Assembly (NCBI RefSeq): GCF_006345805.1 | Contig: NC_043001.1 | Location: forward strand, 38,812,001-38,876,000 | Direction of reading: 5' to 3' | DNA from: Octopus sinensis | Lineage: Eukaryota | DNA length: 64,000 nucleotides | Shown here: in pieces, positions 12,514-26,545 of the stretch | How the letters are laid out: each line of letters opens with the position of its first letter | Position numbering within the stretch: the stretch's first letter is position 1 | The notes under the pieces: generated by a model | What the model was told of the DNA's origin: nothing | The model's input: the letters and a program-made list of their open reading frames with translations, nothing else | The model's database searches: none | Translations under genes and position numbers: made by a program

Positions 12514-14400
12514 AAATTAGAGAAGAACCACCATGTAGCAATTCAACAATGATATACTTAAATCATACCATATAGAAAAAAATTAAAGATACAATAAAAC
12601 ATTTAACTAGAACTAAATAAAGTATGAAATAATAGTGTAAAATTAGTAAATAGACTACACGTGTCTTGTGGCTATATTTTCAAATTGATAACAGTAAAAT
12701 CAATTCAATTTAAATATAGTCACTCATCAGGTGCAAGATAAAAACGATAAAATAATTAAATAAATGTACGGATATTATCTTATAAGAAAATATAAATATA
12801 TCAACCTAGTCAACCTAGCTAAAACCAAAGTCCTAATAAGTAGGAAGGTAGACAAGTCACAAACGCCTTCAGGTAGATGGCCTTGCTCGATCTGTAGGAA
12901 AGGCATAGGTAGAAACTCTATAAGATGCACCAAGTGTAAGCTATGGACACACAAGAGGTGCAGCAATGTCTTGTATGTGGCAGATGCTCAGGAGCAATAA
13001 ACACTGAAAATGCTCTGAGACCAACTTCCGTCACTTTCCAGGGAGAAAAATTAGAAATAGTTGATAGCTTCCGTTACCTAGGTGACCAAGTCAGTAGTGG
13101 GGGCGGGTGTGTTGAAAGTGTAACTGCTAGAGTAAGAATAGCTTGGGTAAAGTTCAGAGAGCTCTTACCTCTGCTAGGGACAAAAGGCCTCTCGCTCAGA
13201 GTAAAAGATAGACTGTATGATGCTTGTGTACGAACAGCCATGCTACATGGCAGTGAAACATGGGCCGTGACTGCTGAGGATATGCGTAAGCTCGCAAGAA
13301 ATGAAGCCAGTATGCTCCAATGGATGTGTAATGTCAGTGTTCATCCTCGACAGAGTGTAAGTACCTTGAGAGAGAAGTTGGACCTAAGAAGCATCAGTTG
13401 CGGTGTGCAAGAGAGACGTTTGCGCTGGTATGGCCATGTGGCGAGAATGGATGAAGATAGTTGTGTGAAAAAGTGTCACACCCTAGCTGTTGAGGGAATC
13501 TGTGGAAGAGGCACGACCTTCGAACTTTAGGTCTCACCGAGGAAATGACTAGAGACCGAGACCTTTGGAAGTATGCTGTGCGTGAGAAGACCCGGCAGGA
13601 CAAGTGAGACCATCACCCATGGCCTCAGTCCACTTATGCATACCTTTCCTTCTTGGGACACAAAACCCTACTTGTGAAGACCTGTTGAGGCAAGTGAAAG
13701 TCAAAAAATCAAAAAATCAAAAATGGAAAAAATCAAAAATCAAAATTGATCAACATGAATGGAAACTGTTGCTGTGATATCAGTGCTGGTGGCACATAAG
13801 AGAACCATCTGAACGTGGCCATTGCCAGTGCCGCCCTGACTGGCTTCCGTGCCGGTGGCATGTAAAAAGCACCATCCGATCGTGGCCATTGCCAGCCTGG
13901 CCTGGCCTCCGTGCAGGTGGCACGTAAAAAGCACCCACTACACTCATGGAGTGGTTGGCGTTAGGAAGGGCATCCAGCCATAGAAACATTGCCAGATCAG
14001 ACTGGGCCTGGTGCAGCCTTCTGGCTTCCCAGACCCCAGCTGCACCATCCAACCCATGCCAGCATGGAAAGCGGACGCTAAACGATGCTGATGATGATGA
14101 TGATATATATAAAAATATGTAATTTTCTAATAAAAAAATCCAACAAAATTCAACAAATATATCTTAAAACAAAAACACGAAATATCTTATCGAATATATT
14201 CTGATTACTAAATCTTTAAACTTAATACAAAGGACTAAGTGTTTATAATATATTTATATCATTAAAAACATGGTGTAAATAAAACTAGAATAAATAGATA
14301 GAAATATTTATTTCATCTATGAAAATATATTTTAGCTTATAGAAGAAAAAATAACGAAAATTAAAAGTAATTAAAACAAAATATTTAAAACAATATATAT
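12514..14400 (-). mobile_element. AT-rich repeat with a hammerhead motif (homologous to 49881-50400), interrupted by an RTE
   Basis: 12514-12780 and 14110-14340 align with 49881-50400; decayed hammerhead at 12653-12733. Confidence 0.6.
12802..14103 (+). mobile_element. 5'-truncated RTE LINE, family A
   Basis: 195-aa ORF with FRYLGD..HGSETW..RRLRWYGHV; 3'UTR and (GAT)n tail. Confidence 0.92.
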
Positions 14401-15259
14401 ATATATATATACAAGCATTATGACCTGTCATTGCTGGGTCATAGTACTAGTGCATGTATATATGTGTACATATTACTTGTACATCTATATATATACATCT
14501 ACACTTAAAATACAAAATACAAAGTTATATCTTTCAGTCGCATCAAGACACTTTTCGATGGTGCTTTCCTCCAGGTGTTCAAATCTTTTTTTCTTCTCTA
14601 CATTGTATATTTTATAGACAATAGTCTTTTCTTTAATTTAATTTTTTATTTTGTTTGTTGGTGTTATCCTAGATTCACCGTCTTTGTCAGTAATCATTCC
14701 GAAATAGGCTTGTATTTCTTCCATTTTAATTTTAATGAGTTCGCACCTGCCGACGGCTTCAGTGAAATTCATTTTTGGACTTTCTTCTATCGACGGCATT
14801 CTAACAATAATGCTTCCGTGTAAACGGTGAAAATATTGTCAATTTCCCCAAACAGGGATACAATTCAATTTTTAAACAATAACCAAAGCTCCTTCTCCCA
14901 AAGGGGGAAGGGTACAGTTTACAATTATTTAACAAATGCAGCACAACAACGTTTCCCTTACGAGGAACCAACAAACGTGATAACAATAGTTAAACAGTAA
15001 TAATAATAACAATTGTATGCAGTTGAAGCTATAGTCCTTTATGTATAATAGTCCATCTGGACTATTCCATTTCTGCACGCTAATTTTATTTTCAATTTAT
15101 TCCCATTCATGTGAAGCCACTTATTCAAGTTCAAGTCATTGATGCAATTTTATACCAATTGCTATTTTTACTTTTGTTATGTTACAATTATATTATACTT
15201 TAGTTTGATTTTAATTACTACTTACTATATATAATTCAATTGTTATTATTATTTTTATT

Positions 15260-15669
15260 GTTAAAGTGAAAGCATCTGACATAAAATAGAGAAATGTTTT
15301 TGTTTCACTTTTAACACGTAATACTGAAATAGTGGACAAGATATGATATAGCTATGGGCTTGCTCTAGGCAAGAAGTTGAACATTTTTTTTGTCCATGAA
15401 ACTACATGGACCCTAAGTAAGGCATGTGTAAAATTTGAATGAAATTGGTTGTGTAGTTCTCAAGTTTTAGGGAATCGTAATGCAGAAGATATGATATTAC
15501 TGTGGGCTCGCCCTAGGCATGAAGTTAAAAATATTTTTTGCCGATGATACTCCCCAGACTCTAAGTAAAGCATGTGTAAAATTTGAATGAAATTGGTTGT
15601 GTAGTTCTCAAGTTTTAGGGAAACACACAGACAGACAGACACACATTCTCAGTTTTATATATATAGAGA
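15260..15669 (-). mobile_element. Non-autonomous Helitron, 5' part
   Basis: Minus-strand start TCTCTATATATATAAAACTGAGAATGTGTG; internal duplication; matches 27290-27558. Confidence 0.65.
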
Positions 15670-15848
15670 TATATATATAAAATACATAATATAGTGAAGC
15701 TAAAATACAATAATTTAATCTATATCCATTAAATTATTTATATAAACTTAAACTTAGATAAACTTAGATGTGTTTCGACCAATGATTGGTCCAGGCCATG
15801 TCTAACTTAATAGCACCACCTGATAGGATTATTTGAATCCTGTTTAAG

Positions 15849-17495
15849 TCAAGTTTTGCTTATGGTCCATTCAAGTAGTGAGTTTTTGTTGGGTGAGTTG
15901 TATCCAATTATGGGTGGCTTATCTGGTATTCCTTGAAGGAATCTATCCAGACTCCGTTTAAAGTTGATGGGATCCTGTTCCTCTTTGATCTCTTTCGGGA
16001 CAATGTTAAATAGGGCAGGGCCTGTTGAGGAAAAGAAATTATGTTGTAGTGTATATGTATGCTGTGATCTTGAATTGGGCAGGGGACGTATGGCCCGTGG
16101 TCCCAGTCTTGGATGAACCTTGAAGCTTATGTTCAGGTCGTTTGGGCAAAGTTGGCGGTATATTCTCCACATCGTACAAATGATGTACCGCTCACGGCGA
16201 CGCTGGAGAGAGTAGAGTTTCAAGGCTTTAAGGCGATCCCAATAATCGAGAGCAGCCATGCCTTCAATTCGTTTAGTGAGTGCTCTCTGGGGTGATTCAA
16301 TCCTCGAGATGTTTTGTCTTGTATGGGGAGACCACAGTGGGCAGTATTCGAGGTATTCGAGGTGTGGCCGTACAAAGGAGTAGACACCTTGTTCTCTGAA
16401 CCGGAAAGTTCTTAAGATCCAGGAACTCATCTTACGAGCTATATCGACCTTCTTGTTGACGTGTGCACTCCAACTGAGATCGTCATCAACAATTACACCT
16501 AGGTCTCTGATGTTGTTAGAGGCTGTGAGCAGTTCCCCTGAAGGAAGAGAGTATGGCTGTTTTAGTGAGGAATTTCTTCCAAAATGCATCAGCTCAAATT
16601 TTCCCTCGTTCAGTTGCATTTTGTTTCTGTCTGCCCATTGACTCACAGCATATAGATCAGACTGGAGTTGAGTTCGGTCTGCTTCTTCATTGATGATTTG
16701 CTGGAGCTTGGTGTCATCAGCAAATATTTTCACTTTGCAGTAATGTACGACACTGGAAAGGTCGTTTATGTAGATTATGAAGAGCAGCGGACCCAAGACA
16801 GTTCCCTGGGGGACACCGCTGGTGACTTTTGCTGGGCTTGAGTGGACTCCATCAACTACAACATGTCGTGTTCTATTCGCCAGGAAATACTTGATCCAGT
16901 GTAGAACTTTTCCACGGATTCCAACATTTGCCAATTTTGAGAGTAGGATATTATGGTCTACCCTGTCGAACGCTTTACTGAAGTCAAGATATATGACATC
17001 AGAGTTCGAACCTGTTCCCAAGGCTTTGAGTACATCTTCAATGTGGTGTAAGAGCTGTGTTAGACAGTCCCTGCCACAGCGAAAGCCATGCTGATTTGCA
17101 TTTAGGAGTTGCTGGGTCTCCAGGAAGTCAGCCATCCTTGATCTTAACACTCTTTCAAACACTTTGATGATGTAAGAGGTGAGTGAGATTGGGCGATAGT
17201 TGAGTGCGAGGGATCTGTTTCCCTGTTTGAAAACCGGGATGACTGACTGGGATAGAAACTGTTTCAGTATATAACCTGCATCTAACGAATTTCTCCAGAG
17301 GTTGGTCAGAGGGACTGCAAGTTGGTGTCTACATTCCTTCAGGAGACTAGCGGGGAATCTATCAGGGCCTACAGCAGAGTAGTATTTGACCTCATTTATT
17401 GCTGCTATGATGTCAGTGGCAGTGAAGGTTATGTCCGAGATTTTATGTTGAGAGTCAACTTCGTTCGCTTCTCTAACGTCAATATCAGTGGGAAA
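15849..17495 (-). mobile_element. CR1-type LINE, 5'-truncated, open RT ORF
   Basis: Within 561-aa ORF: NYRPISLTS, QHGFR, YLDFSKAFD, GVPQGTVLGPLLF, FADDTK, RDLGV, LQRRRER. Confidence 0.95.
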
Positions 17496-17615
17496 TCTTA
17501 TTCTAATTATGTAATATATACTAAAAAACTTCATTCTAACTTATATACATAATACTACTACAAACTATAACTACAATAATTAAAAATAGAAAAATGGTTC
17601 AAATATATACACACA

Positions 17616-17824
17616 AACTTTGAATAATTCTATTAATGAGTGTAACATTAAATCTATATATAAATTTATTATATAAGTTTAACTAATTTCATCATCATCA
17701 TCATCATCATCGTTTAAAACGGATGTTAAACGATAATGATGTTGATGATGAAATTAGTTAAACTTATATAATAAATTTATATATAGATTTAATGTTACAC
17801 TCATTAATAGAATTATTCAAAGTT
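17616..17824. repeat. Long near-perfect inverted repeat (hairpin)
   Basis: About 80 bp perfect arms extending into (CAT)n-CGTTTAA / TTAAACG-(ATG)n; loop about 8 nt. Confidence 0.92.
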
Positions 17825-17984
17825 CCTATTATTATTAAAAGTATTTACTTAAATGCAATATTACATAACAAATAAAAATTCCTACCCATTCAATAAGATT
17901 TTGTCTTACAAAACTATTTCCCAATGTAAATTTATGTAATACGTTAAGATTATCGTTCACAAGATAACGACAATAATAAAAATA

Positions 17985-20710
17985 AGACATATTACTTGAA
18001 GCCTTTGACGAAATAGAAGGGGATATAGCTTCACACGATATAGAAGACAACTGGAGGTTTCTATGGGACCTGCTGAGGGCCACTGACCAGATCTGTGGCT
18101 GGTGCAAAGTTCCCTCTCGACCCAAAATAACGTGGTGGTGGAACAATGTTGTTGACAGGGCTGTTAGACAAAAGAAACAGGCTTGGAAGGAAGGACTAGA
18201 AGAATAGTGGTAACAGGGAATTGTATCAGACTGGGAAGCTAGGAGACAGGTTTATTTAGCTAGAGGGGAAGCAGATAAGGAAAAATTTGCCAATGTTCTG
18301 CACCGTGAGGACCAACGACTTGAGATACTTCGTGTTGCAAGAAAGTGTGTGAGACAGAATCGTGATGTGGTAGGAGAGAAATGTGTCTGCATGGATAATG
18401 GTTCACTTGCACTAAACTAGGCTGCCTAGAGAGAGGTTTGAAGACGCCACTATGAAAGGTTGCTCAATAAAGAAAATGAATGATAGAAATAGAGTTTGCC
18501 GAATGTCAACCCAACAGAGGGACCAGCAATCCGAGTTGACAGTACATTGGTAGATAAAGCAATTAAGAGTATGAAGACAGGGAAAGCCCACCGGCCCATC
18601 AGGAATCACTGCAGAGATGCTCAAAATATCTGGCAGTGTTGGCTATAGCCTAGCCACCTGTATAGTTAACCAGGTGATACATGAAGGAGTCATACCCAAT
18701 GACTGGTGTAGCAGCACTATAGTCAACTGCTACAAAGGTAAAGGTGATGCTTTAGATACAAATAATTACAGAGATATCAAGCTGTTGGATCAGGTAATGA
18801 AGGTCACAGAGAGGGTCATAGCCCAACTAATTAGGGAGAGAGTCTGTTTAGATGAGATGCAGTTTGGGTTCATGCCAGGAAAAAGCACCTCTGATGCTAT
18901 ATTTCTGGTGAGACAGCTGCAGGAGAAATACTTAGCCAAAGATAAACCTCTGTACCTGCCTTTCGTTGACATGGAGAAAGCCTTTAACAGGGTCTTCCTG
19001 ATCCCTTATCTGGTGGTCAATGAGGAAACTAGGGATAGATGAATGGTTAGTAAGAGCTGTGCAAGCTAAGTACAGGGACGCTGTCAGTAAGGTGAGGGTT
19101 GGCAATGAATACAGTGAAGAATTCCAGATAAAGGTACAGCCCACCAAGGTTCAGTCCTCAGTCTCCTCCTATTTATCATAGTCCTCCAGGCAATAACAGA
19201 TGAATTCAAGACAAGATGCCCCTGGGAGCTCCCCTATGCTGATGACCTTGCCCTAATTGCTGAGTCACTAGCAAAACTAGAATCGAAGGGCCTTAGAGTC
19301 AACCTAGCTAAAACCAAAATTCCTAATAAGGGGGGCAGACAAATCACAAATCCCTTCAGGTAGATGGCTTTGCTCGATCTGTAGAAAAGGCATAGGTAGA
19401 TACTCTATAAGATGAACCCAGTGTAAGCTATGGACACATAAGAGGTGCAGCAATATCAAAGGAAGGCTAACTGGGAAGATAGTTTTTGTATGTGGCAGAT
19501 GCTCAGGAGCAATAAACACTGAAAATGTGCAGAGAACAACTTCCACCATGTTCCAGGGAGAAAAACTAGTAGTTGATAGCTTCCATTACCTAGGTGACCA
19601 AGTCAGTTGCGGAGGAGGGTGCGCTGAAAGTGTAGCTGCTAGAAAAGAATAGCCTGGGCAAAGTTCAGAGAGCTCTTACATTCAGAGTAAAAGGTAGACA
19701 GTATGACGCATGTGTACAGACAGCCATGCTACATGGCAGTGAAACATGGGCCGTGACTGCTGAGGACATGAGTAAGCTCGCGAAGAATGAAGCCAGTATG
19801 CTCTGATGGATGTGTAATGTCAGTGTGCATACTTGACAGAGTTAAGTATCTTGAGAGAAAAGTTGGACCTAAGAAGCATCAGATCTAAAGTGCAAGAGAG
19901 ACAACTGTGCTGGTATAGTCATGTGGCGTGAATGGATGATGATAGCTGTGTGTAAAAGTGCCACACCCTAACAATTGAGAGAACCTGTGGAAGAGGCAGA
20001 CCTAGGAAGACCTGGGATGAAGTGGTGAAGCACGACCTTCGAACTTTAGGCTTCACCGAGGCAATGACTAGTGACCAAGACCCTAGGAAATATGCTGTGT
20101 TTGAGAAGACCCGGCAAGCCAAATGAGACCATAACCTCATGGCTTATGCCAGGGGTGTAACCAACCCACTTATGCATACCTTTCCTTCATTGGACACTAA
20201 ACTCTGCTTGCGAAGACCTGTTGACGCAAGTAAAATCAAAATCAAATTCGATAACTGGCATCCATGCTAGTGGAGCGCTAAGAGCCCCATCCCAGCATGA
20301 TCATTGCCAGAGCAGCTAACTGACTTCCACGCAAGGGGCACGTAAAAAGTGCCATTTGAGCGTGATCGTTACCAGCGTCAATTCACTGGCACTTGTGCCG
20401 GTGGCACATGAAAAAACATTTGAGCAATGTTGTTGCCAGTGTCACTGGACTGGCTCCTGTGCAGGTGGTACGAAAAAACACCATTTGAGCATGGCCGTTG
20501 CCAGTACTGCCTGACTGGCCCTCTTGCTTGTGGCACGTAAAAACACCCACTACACTTCTGGAGTGGTTGGCGTTAGGAAGAGCATCTAGCTGTAGAAATT
20601 CTGCCAGATCAGATTCGAGCCTCGTGCATCCATCTGGTTCACCAGTCCTCAGTCAAATCGTCCAACCCATGCTAGCATGGAAAGCGGACGTTAAACGATG
20701 ATGATGATGA
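17985..20710 (+). mobile_element. RTE LINE, family A, 5'-truncated
   Basis: NNYRDIKLL, MQFGFMPGKST, RQLQEKY, YADD; (GAT)n tail. Confidence 0.93.
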
Positions 20711-20819
20711 AATAAATATACATATCGTAACTTATAATTATCAAATAACAAATATAGAAATCAATATTTTTACAATAATAATCGAACAAAATTTAATTCC
20801 GTTCAGTCTATCTAATGTA

Positions 20820-21700
20820 GTTCTCTGATGCCACTACTCTTCCAATTCTTCCAGGCCTGTTTCTTTGTCTAATGGCCCTGTCTACTACACTGTCCTACAA
20901 CCATGTCCCTACATCTAGTTGGGACTTTGCACCAGGCACAAATTTGTCAGTGGCTCTCACTAAATTAACCTGTAGAAACTCCAAGTTGTCCTCTAGGTTA
21001 CATTTCTGTAACCTTTCTTCATCAAATGCTTCATTTAAAGTGTCTTTAAATCACTGATACTTAAGCTTCCAAATCCTTCTTTTCTAGACTGGTCTGCTTC
21101 TTGGAATTCTTCTAGCCTGAAGTCTGAGGTCACTAATGACTAACCTATGATAAGGGGTAGATTTCTCACCCCAGAAGGTACACCATGTACACCACCGAAG
21201 CCAACTGGATGCTGTCCAACATGTCCACTGAAGTCACCAGTCATGAAAATAAGGTCACTGGCATTTGTCCTTGAAGCAGTCTGCAAAATCGATCCTCTTG
21301 TTCATTTGGTAGATATGGTTGAGGAGCACAGGTGGAAATAATTGTTGCTGTACTACCTTGTGTAACTAATCTAAGCTTAAGTATCCTCTCTCACAGTCTG
21401 AGTACCTCAATTACCTTATCCACCAATTTATTAAATAAAAGTATGCTAACACCACCTACCCCACCATTATTGTCTTCCTAGAAGATTTTATACTTATGTT
21501 CTTTGCCTGTGAGGAACCTGGATGAAGCTCCCCTCCACCCTTCTTCTTGAATACAACACACATTGGCACACTTCCACTGAGACATCTCAACTATCTCACC
21601 AGACCTACCTTTCAATGTGCCTACAGTGACAGTGCCAACTGTAAGGAAGTGAAATGGGAGGTAGGAGGGAACAGGGATGGGTGACAGCATACAGCATCTA
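20820..21700 (-). mobile_element. RTE 5' region, AP-endonuclease remnants
   Basis: TVTVGTLKGRSGEIVEM..CCIQE..WRG; GDFSGHVG motif. Confidence 0.8.
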
Positions 21701-22609
21701 AAAAGAAACTTTCAACAAGCATTTGCCAGTAACACACATGTCAGTTGTCCTCACAGTTAATCAACCATTATTCATTCATGTCACATTTCCTGCATCTACT
21801 GGAGGTGAGTGTGCTTTACAATCCTACTTAATACTAAGATAAATCAAAATTTATTAGTTGATTAGTTAATTGATAGGTTCTCTTCAGTTACATTTTGGTG
21901 CAAAGCATACAAGCTATGGCATTCATATTACAGTAACAGAGGTGAGACACTACTGAGAGAGAAAAAAGGAGGGAAGAGCAACAGAAGGGTTGTTAAGAGA
22001 GATTCTGGTACAGAAGATAGGTTTTCAGAACGAGTAAAGGGTGTAGGTATAGTGGGTGGTGAAAGGGTATAGGTTTGGGGATGGGAATGAGTAGAGTGGG
22101 TATAGATAGTGGGGCTGGAAGGGTGGGCACATTGCAAGCAAATGAAGGATCCCAACTTTAGAAAGAAAATACAAACACCATCCAGACAATAATTAAGAGA
22201 GGATATGAAAAGCTTTTTGTGAGAAATAACACAGATTTTCAACAAGTCAGACTCTAGAGCCAGTACTGAAAGTTACAACACTTTTCACATGAACATATTC
22301 ATGTAAACAATGCAAACGAAGACAGAAAAACAGGTAATGGGTGTATACATACTTCAGGAAGTTACTGCTCCCTCCTCAGCACCATATCCAGAACACCAAG
22401 TCCAGCAGCACAACATACATACATACATACATACATACCAATACACAGTATATAGTACTGAGTATATGTAGAATATACTATAATGACATATGTGCTTGTA
22501 TATGAACACATATATGTACAACTTGCATTTCTCTTTTGAAGGTAAAAACCATTTTGTAATTTTCATAAAATAAGGCACAATACTCAGCAGTATAGTAATA
22601 TTTTTTTTC

Positions 22610-22643
<34 letters not shown>

Positions 22644-22699
22644 ATATATAATAGTTGCAACTTCATTTCAAATAATGCCACTACTTGATAGTTCTTTTG

Positions 22700-23920
22700 A
22701 ACATAAGCAACATTGATGTGGCTTTTGATATATCACAATGATGGGCACCAATGATGGTGTTATAGTATTGCTTTGGTGAATTGTCATGGCATTTCACTCT
22801 GTCTCCTGATGCACATTCTTTTCCACATTCACTGCAAGAAGAGATGCTGCACAATGTATAGTTAATAATGTTCCTCTGTGTGTGTGTGGCTTCTCTGGTG
22901 ACTTCTATGGTATGTCTGTCTTAGAAACAACCACATTTGTTACATGTTAAACCAACATTCTCAGGCAGATTAACATCAAGACCCTTATGAACATCTCTCT
23001 TGAGATTTTCATGCTCAGTACAATTTCATTCAAATTCCTTCCAGTGATGATGCACTGATTTTATCTATAATGAATGATCTAGAATGATGTCTCTTCCATT
23101 TTCCAACATTTTAACCTTTTCCAATATATTCTTGATGCAGTTCTTATTTCATTTAAGATTGTGTGCTGGTCTTTTACCCTGACCAAACTTACAACATATA
23201 AATCGCTAAGGAATCCACCGTCGTCCATCTTGACCATATAACCACTGCATCATAATCTTCAACTACTAGAACTATAGCTAGAAACTAGGCTATTGCTTAT
23301 TGAATTCAAGGAATTTGTCACTTATGTTTGTTACTGAGCATTTAGTAGATGACAGCCTATTCATATGTTTCTAGTAAATAACAAAGATCTGACAAGACGA
23401 TCGCAATAAAAACAACATTACAAGTATTGCAGACTTTTGATTTTGTCACAACTGAAATTCCATACCAAGACCCTAAACTTCTAACAAATTTTCCAAATGC
23501 ATCACAGGCTTTCTTGATATGGAGGGAAATTTCATTATCAAGAATATTCGTCATTTTCACAGTACTGTCTAAATACAAAAATTTTTCCACAAGCAACAAT
23601 TTCTGTCCATATAGATAAACACAAGAGTAGGCTTTACCTTGTGCAGATTGGTATATTATGACTGTCTTTTGTAGGCTGGTTGTTAGGCTCAATGCATTGC
23701 ATGCTGTTGAAAAGGAGTCCATAAGATGCTGCCTATCATTCTGGGAGTGAGCATCAAGATAAATATGAAAGTCATCACTATACAAGAATTTACATATAAG
23801 GATGCCTTTTTTTTGGCAGCAACATCATCCCCATTGTTCAGTATCCCATATAGAATCCATGTAAGCACTTCTCAAAATCCATCGAGAACACCAAAGAAAA
23901 TACAAGGCAAATGAAGTTGG
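22700..23920 (-). mobile_element. Old BovB-like RTE fragment (distal RT)
   Basis: SDDF..DAHSQ, VEKFLYLDS..LDNEI; probably continuous with 29530-29850. Confidence 0.65.
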
Positions 23921-23922
23921 TG

Positions 23923-23965
<43 letters not shown>

Positions 23966-23966
<1 letters not shown>

Positions 23967-25289
23967 TAGCGTTGCCCGTGTTACATTCAATTGAAGAATT
24001 AGACTTTTCTGTTATATTTTTTCTGTAATGAACTGGAATACCTATGTTTCGAATTTTATCAAAATTGCAGATGAGGGTTATTTCCCTCTTTACACACCCT
24101 AAAAAATTGTAATCGTGTCACATGTATCCCATACTACAGATTTTTATGCGCATATTCCAAAATTCCAGTCTTATTGAACCTGTTAAAAGGATTTTGCTCC
24201 TGAAACATGACGGTCATGGAGCTCTAAAATGTGAGAGTTAAGGCCCCTGTTGGGGGTGGGCATCTTAATGTCAACCAGAGAAGTTGAATTGTTGAGAATC
24301 TTTTTAACTTGGGTCTTATATCTATTGTTTGAATTTCTTTGAAATAAGAAATATATGTTCACTGGGTTTGTAAAAAAGAGCAAAGCTACAGGAAACGAAA
24401 AGATGAATGATCACAATAAGCAGTCAGCTACCCTAGTCGTTACCACTCCCAATGTAGGATTCCTCACCATCTAGGTGACAGGCACAGCCGTAAGATACAT
24501 TATGAATGTATAGCAATTGGAAGGACGTGACCCAACTGAAATCAACATTAACAACTGTGAGACGTGAGGGCTAAGGAGAATTGAAAGTGTCACCCCTGGA
24601 GTTTGCAAATGACCACTATACTGATATGTAACTGGACAGTGTAAATTTACAATCTATAAATGTCTTCGAATAATCAGTCACTCACCTGGGAAGGCCTTGA
24701 AATCAATGTACAATCTGGGGACTATGTGTGACCCAGTGATAATAAAAAGACTGAAAGGAGGTCTGCAATGAAATAACTTTACTCAACACTTTGCAACTGA
24801 ATCAGTGGAGGCAAAGATGCCTCTCATTTACTTGACAATTTATGCACCACATTGCAGAAATCACAATGTAAGTGTATGTCAAAGCAAACTGTTGCATTGT
24901 GTACCATTGAATTACAAATAATGCTCATCTTTTATGCTTGAGTAACCTACAGCTTCCAAGAGCACAACTGTATTCATTTTTGCTTAGATAAAATGACAAA
25001 ATTGTGATGTTAAGTCCCCATGGAAGGGTCTTTCTAACTTATAAGATGATGAAATTTTATAAATATTACTTCATTTGTGTCTAATATCTATGGTTAAAAT
25101 TTCATCAACAGCAAAAATATATGAATTGTCATGGGGGTTATGGCCCTTATGCATAGAATATAATTTTCAAATTTCATAAAGATCCATTCAGTACTTTTGA
25201 CCTAGTTTTGGAACATAAAAGAAATAACTAAAATTTGGGAGTTCAGGCCCACATTAGGGTTATATATATATAATATATATATATATAGA
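23966..25289 (-). mobile_element. Putative non-autonomous Helitron
   Basis: 3' CTAG at 23966-23969 next to a GC-rich hairpin remnant; TCTATATA.. start near 25289; flanked by microsatellites. Confidence 0.5.
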
Positions 25290-25300
25290 TAGATGAGAGA

Positions 25301-25362
<62 letters not shown>

Positions 25363-25479
25363 TAGATAGATGGATAAACAGATAGATAGATAGATATAGA
25401 TACACACATACATACAAAGATAAATTGATAGATACAATTGAGTGGGCAAACAAAAATATTATATTATTCTATTAATTTC

Positions 25480-25642
25480 TTCTTGTGAAACCAGTAAGTT
25501 ATGAGGATGTAAACAAATGAACAGCAATTGTGAAGCAGTGATGAGGGCAAACACAGAGACAAAGACACATATACACTTACATATATACATACATATATAT
25601 ACGATTGATTTGCTTCAGTTCCTGTCTACGAAATGCATATCA

Positions 25643-25712
<70 letters not shown>

Positions 25713-26040
25713 ATAACACACACACACAAAGATAAATTGATAGATACAACTCAGTGGCCAAACAAAAATAAGAGACACTGCCTTGTGCTTTTTTTTTATT
25801 TTGATAAGCCTGGTACTTATTCTATCAGTTTCTTCTTAAGAAACCAGTAAGTTATGGGGATGTAAATAAACGAACACCTTTTGTGAAGCAGTGATGAGGG
25901 AGAAACACAAAGACACACACATAGACTTACATATATACATACATATATATATATACAATTGATTTATTTCAGTTTCTGTCTACAAAATCCACTGACAAGG
26001 CTTTGGTTGGTCTGAGGCTATAGCAGAAGACACCTGCACC
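25480..26040 (-). mobile_element. Duplicated partial SINE pieces
   Basis: gaaaccagtaagttatg(a/g)ggatgtaaa occurs twice; similar to the 5457 family. Confidence 0.6.
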
Positions 26041-26119
26041 TATGTATGTGTGCCTCTGTGTGTGTGGTGGTATGTATGCATGTAATATGTGTATATTACA
26101 TGTACATCTAATCTATAGA

Positions 26120-26274
26120 AATACATCTATACTATACAGCTATACATATAGATGTATACATATACAGCGATACATATACATGTTAAATACACATCTATAT
26201 ATATAATACATGTATATATATATATATATACATATATTATAATATATATACATATATATATATATACATATATA

Positions 26275-26326
<52 letters not shown>

Positions 26327-26407
26327 CTATTTATTATATATAATATAATATATATATATACATATTATATATATATATATATATTATATATATAATATAT
26401 ATTATAT

Positions 26408-26439
<32 letters not shown>

Positions 26440-26545
26440 ATATATATATATATACATCCATATACATACACATCTATATATATACATCCATATATATACA
26501 TCTATATATATATATATATATTATATATATTATATACACATATAA
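26120..26545. repeat. Imperfect (TA)n microsatellite field
   Basis: Seen directly. Confidence 0.95.

Noticed and set aside
24450-24960. Captured gene or helicase fragment inside a putative Helitron
   Set aside because: No sustained frame or recognisable motif
25202-26343. Short ORFs rich in YI, SL or CV repeats
   Set aside because: Translations of microsatellites
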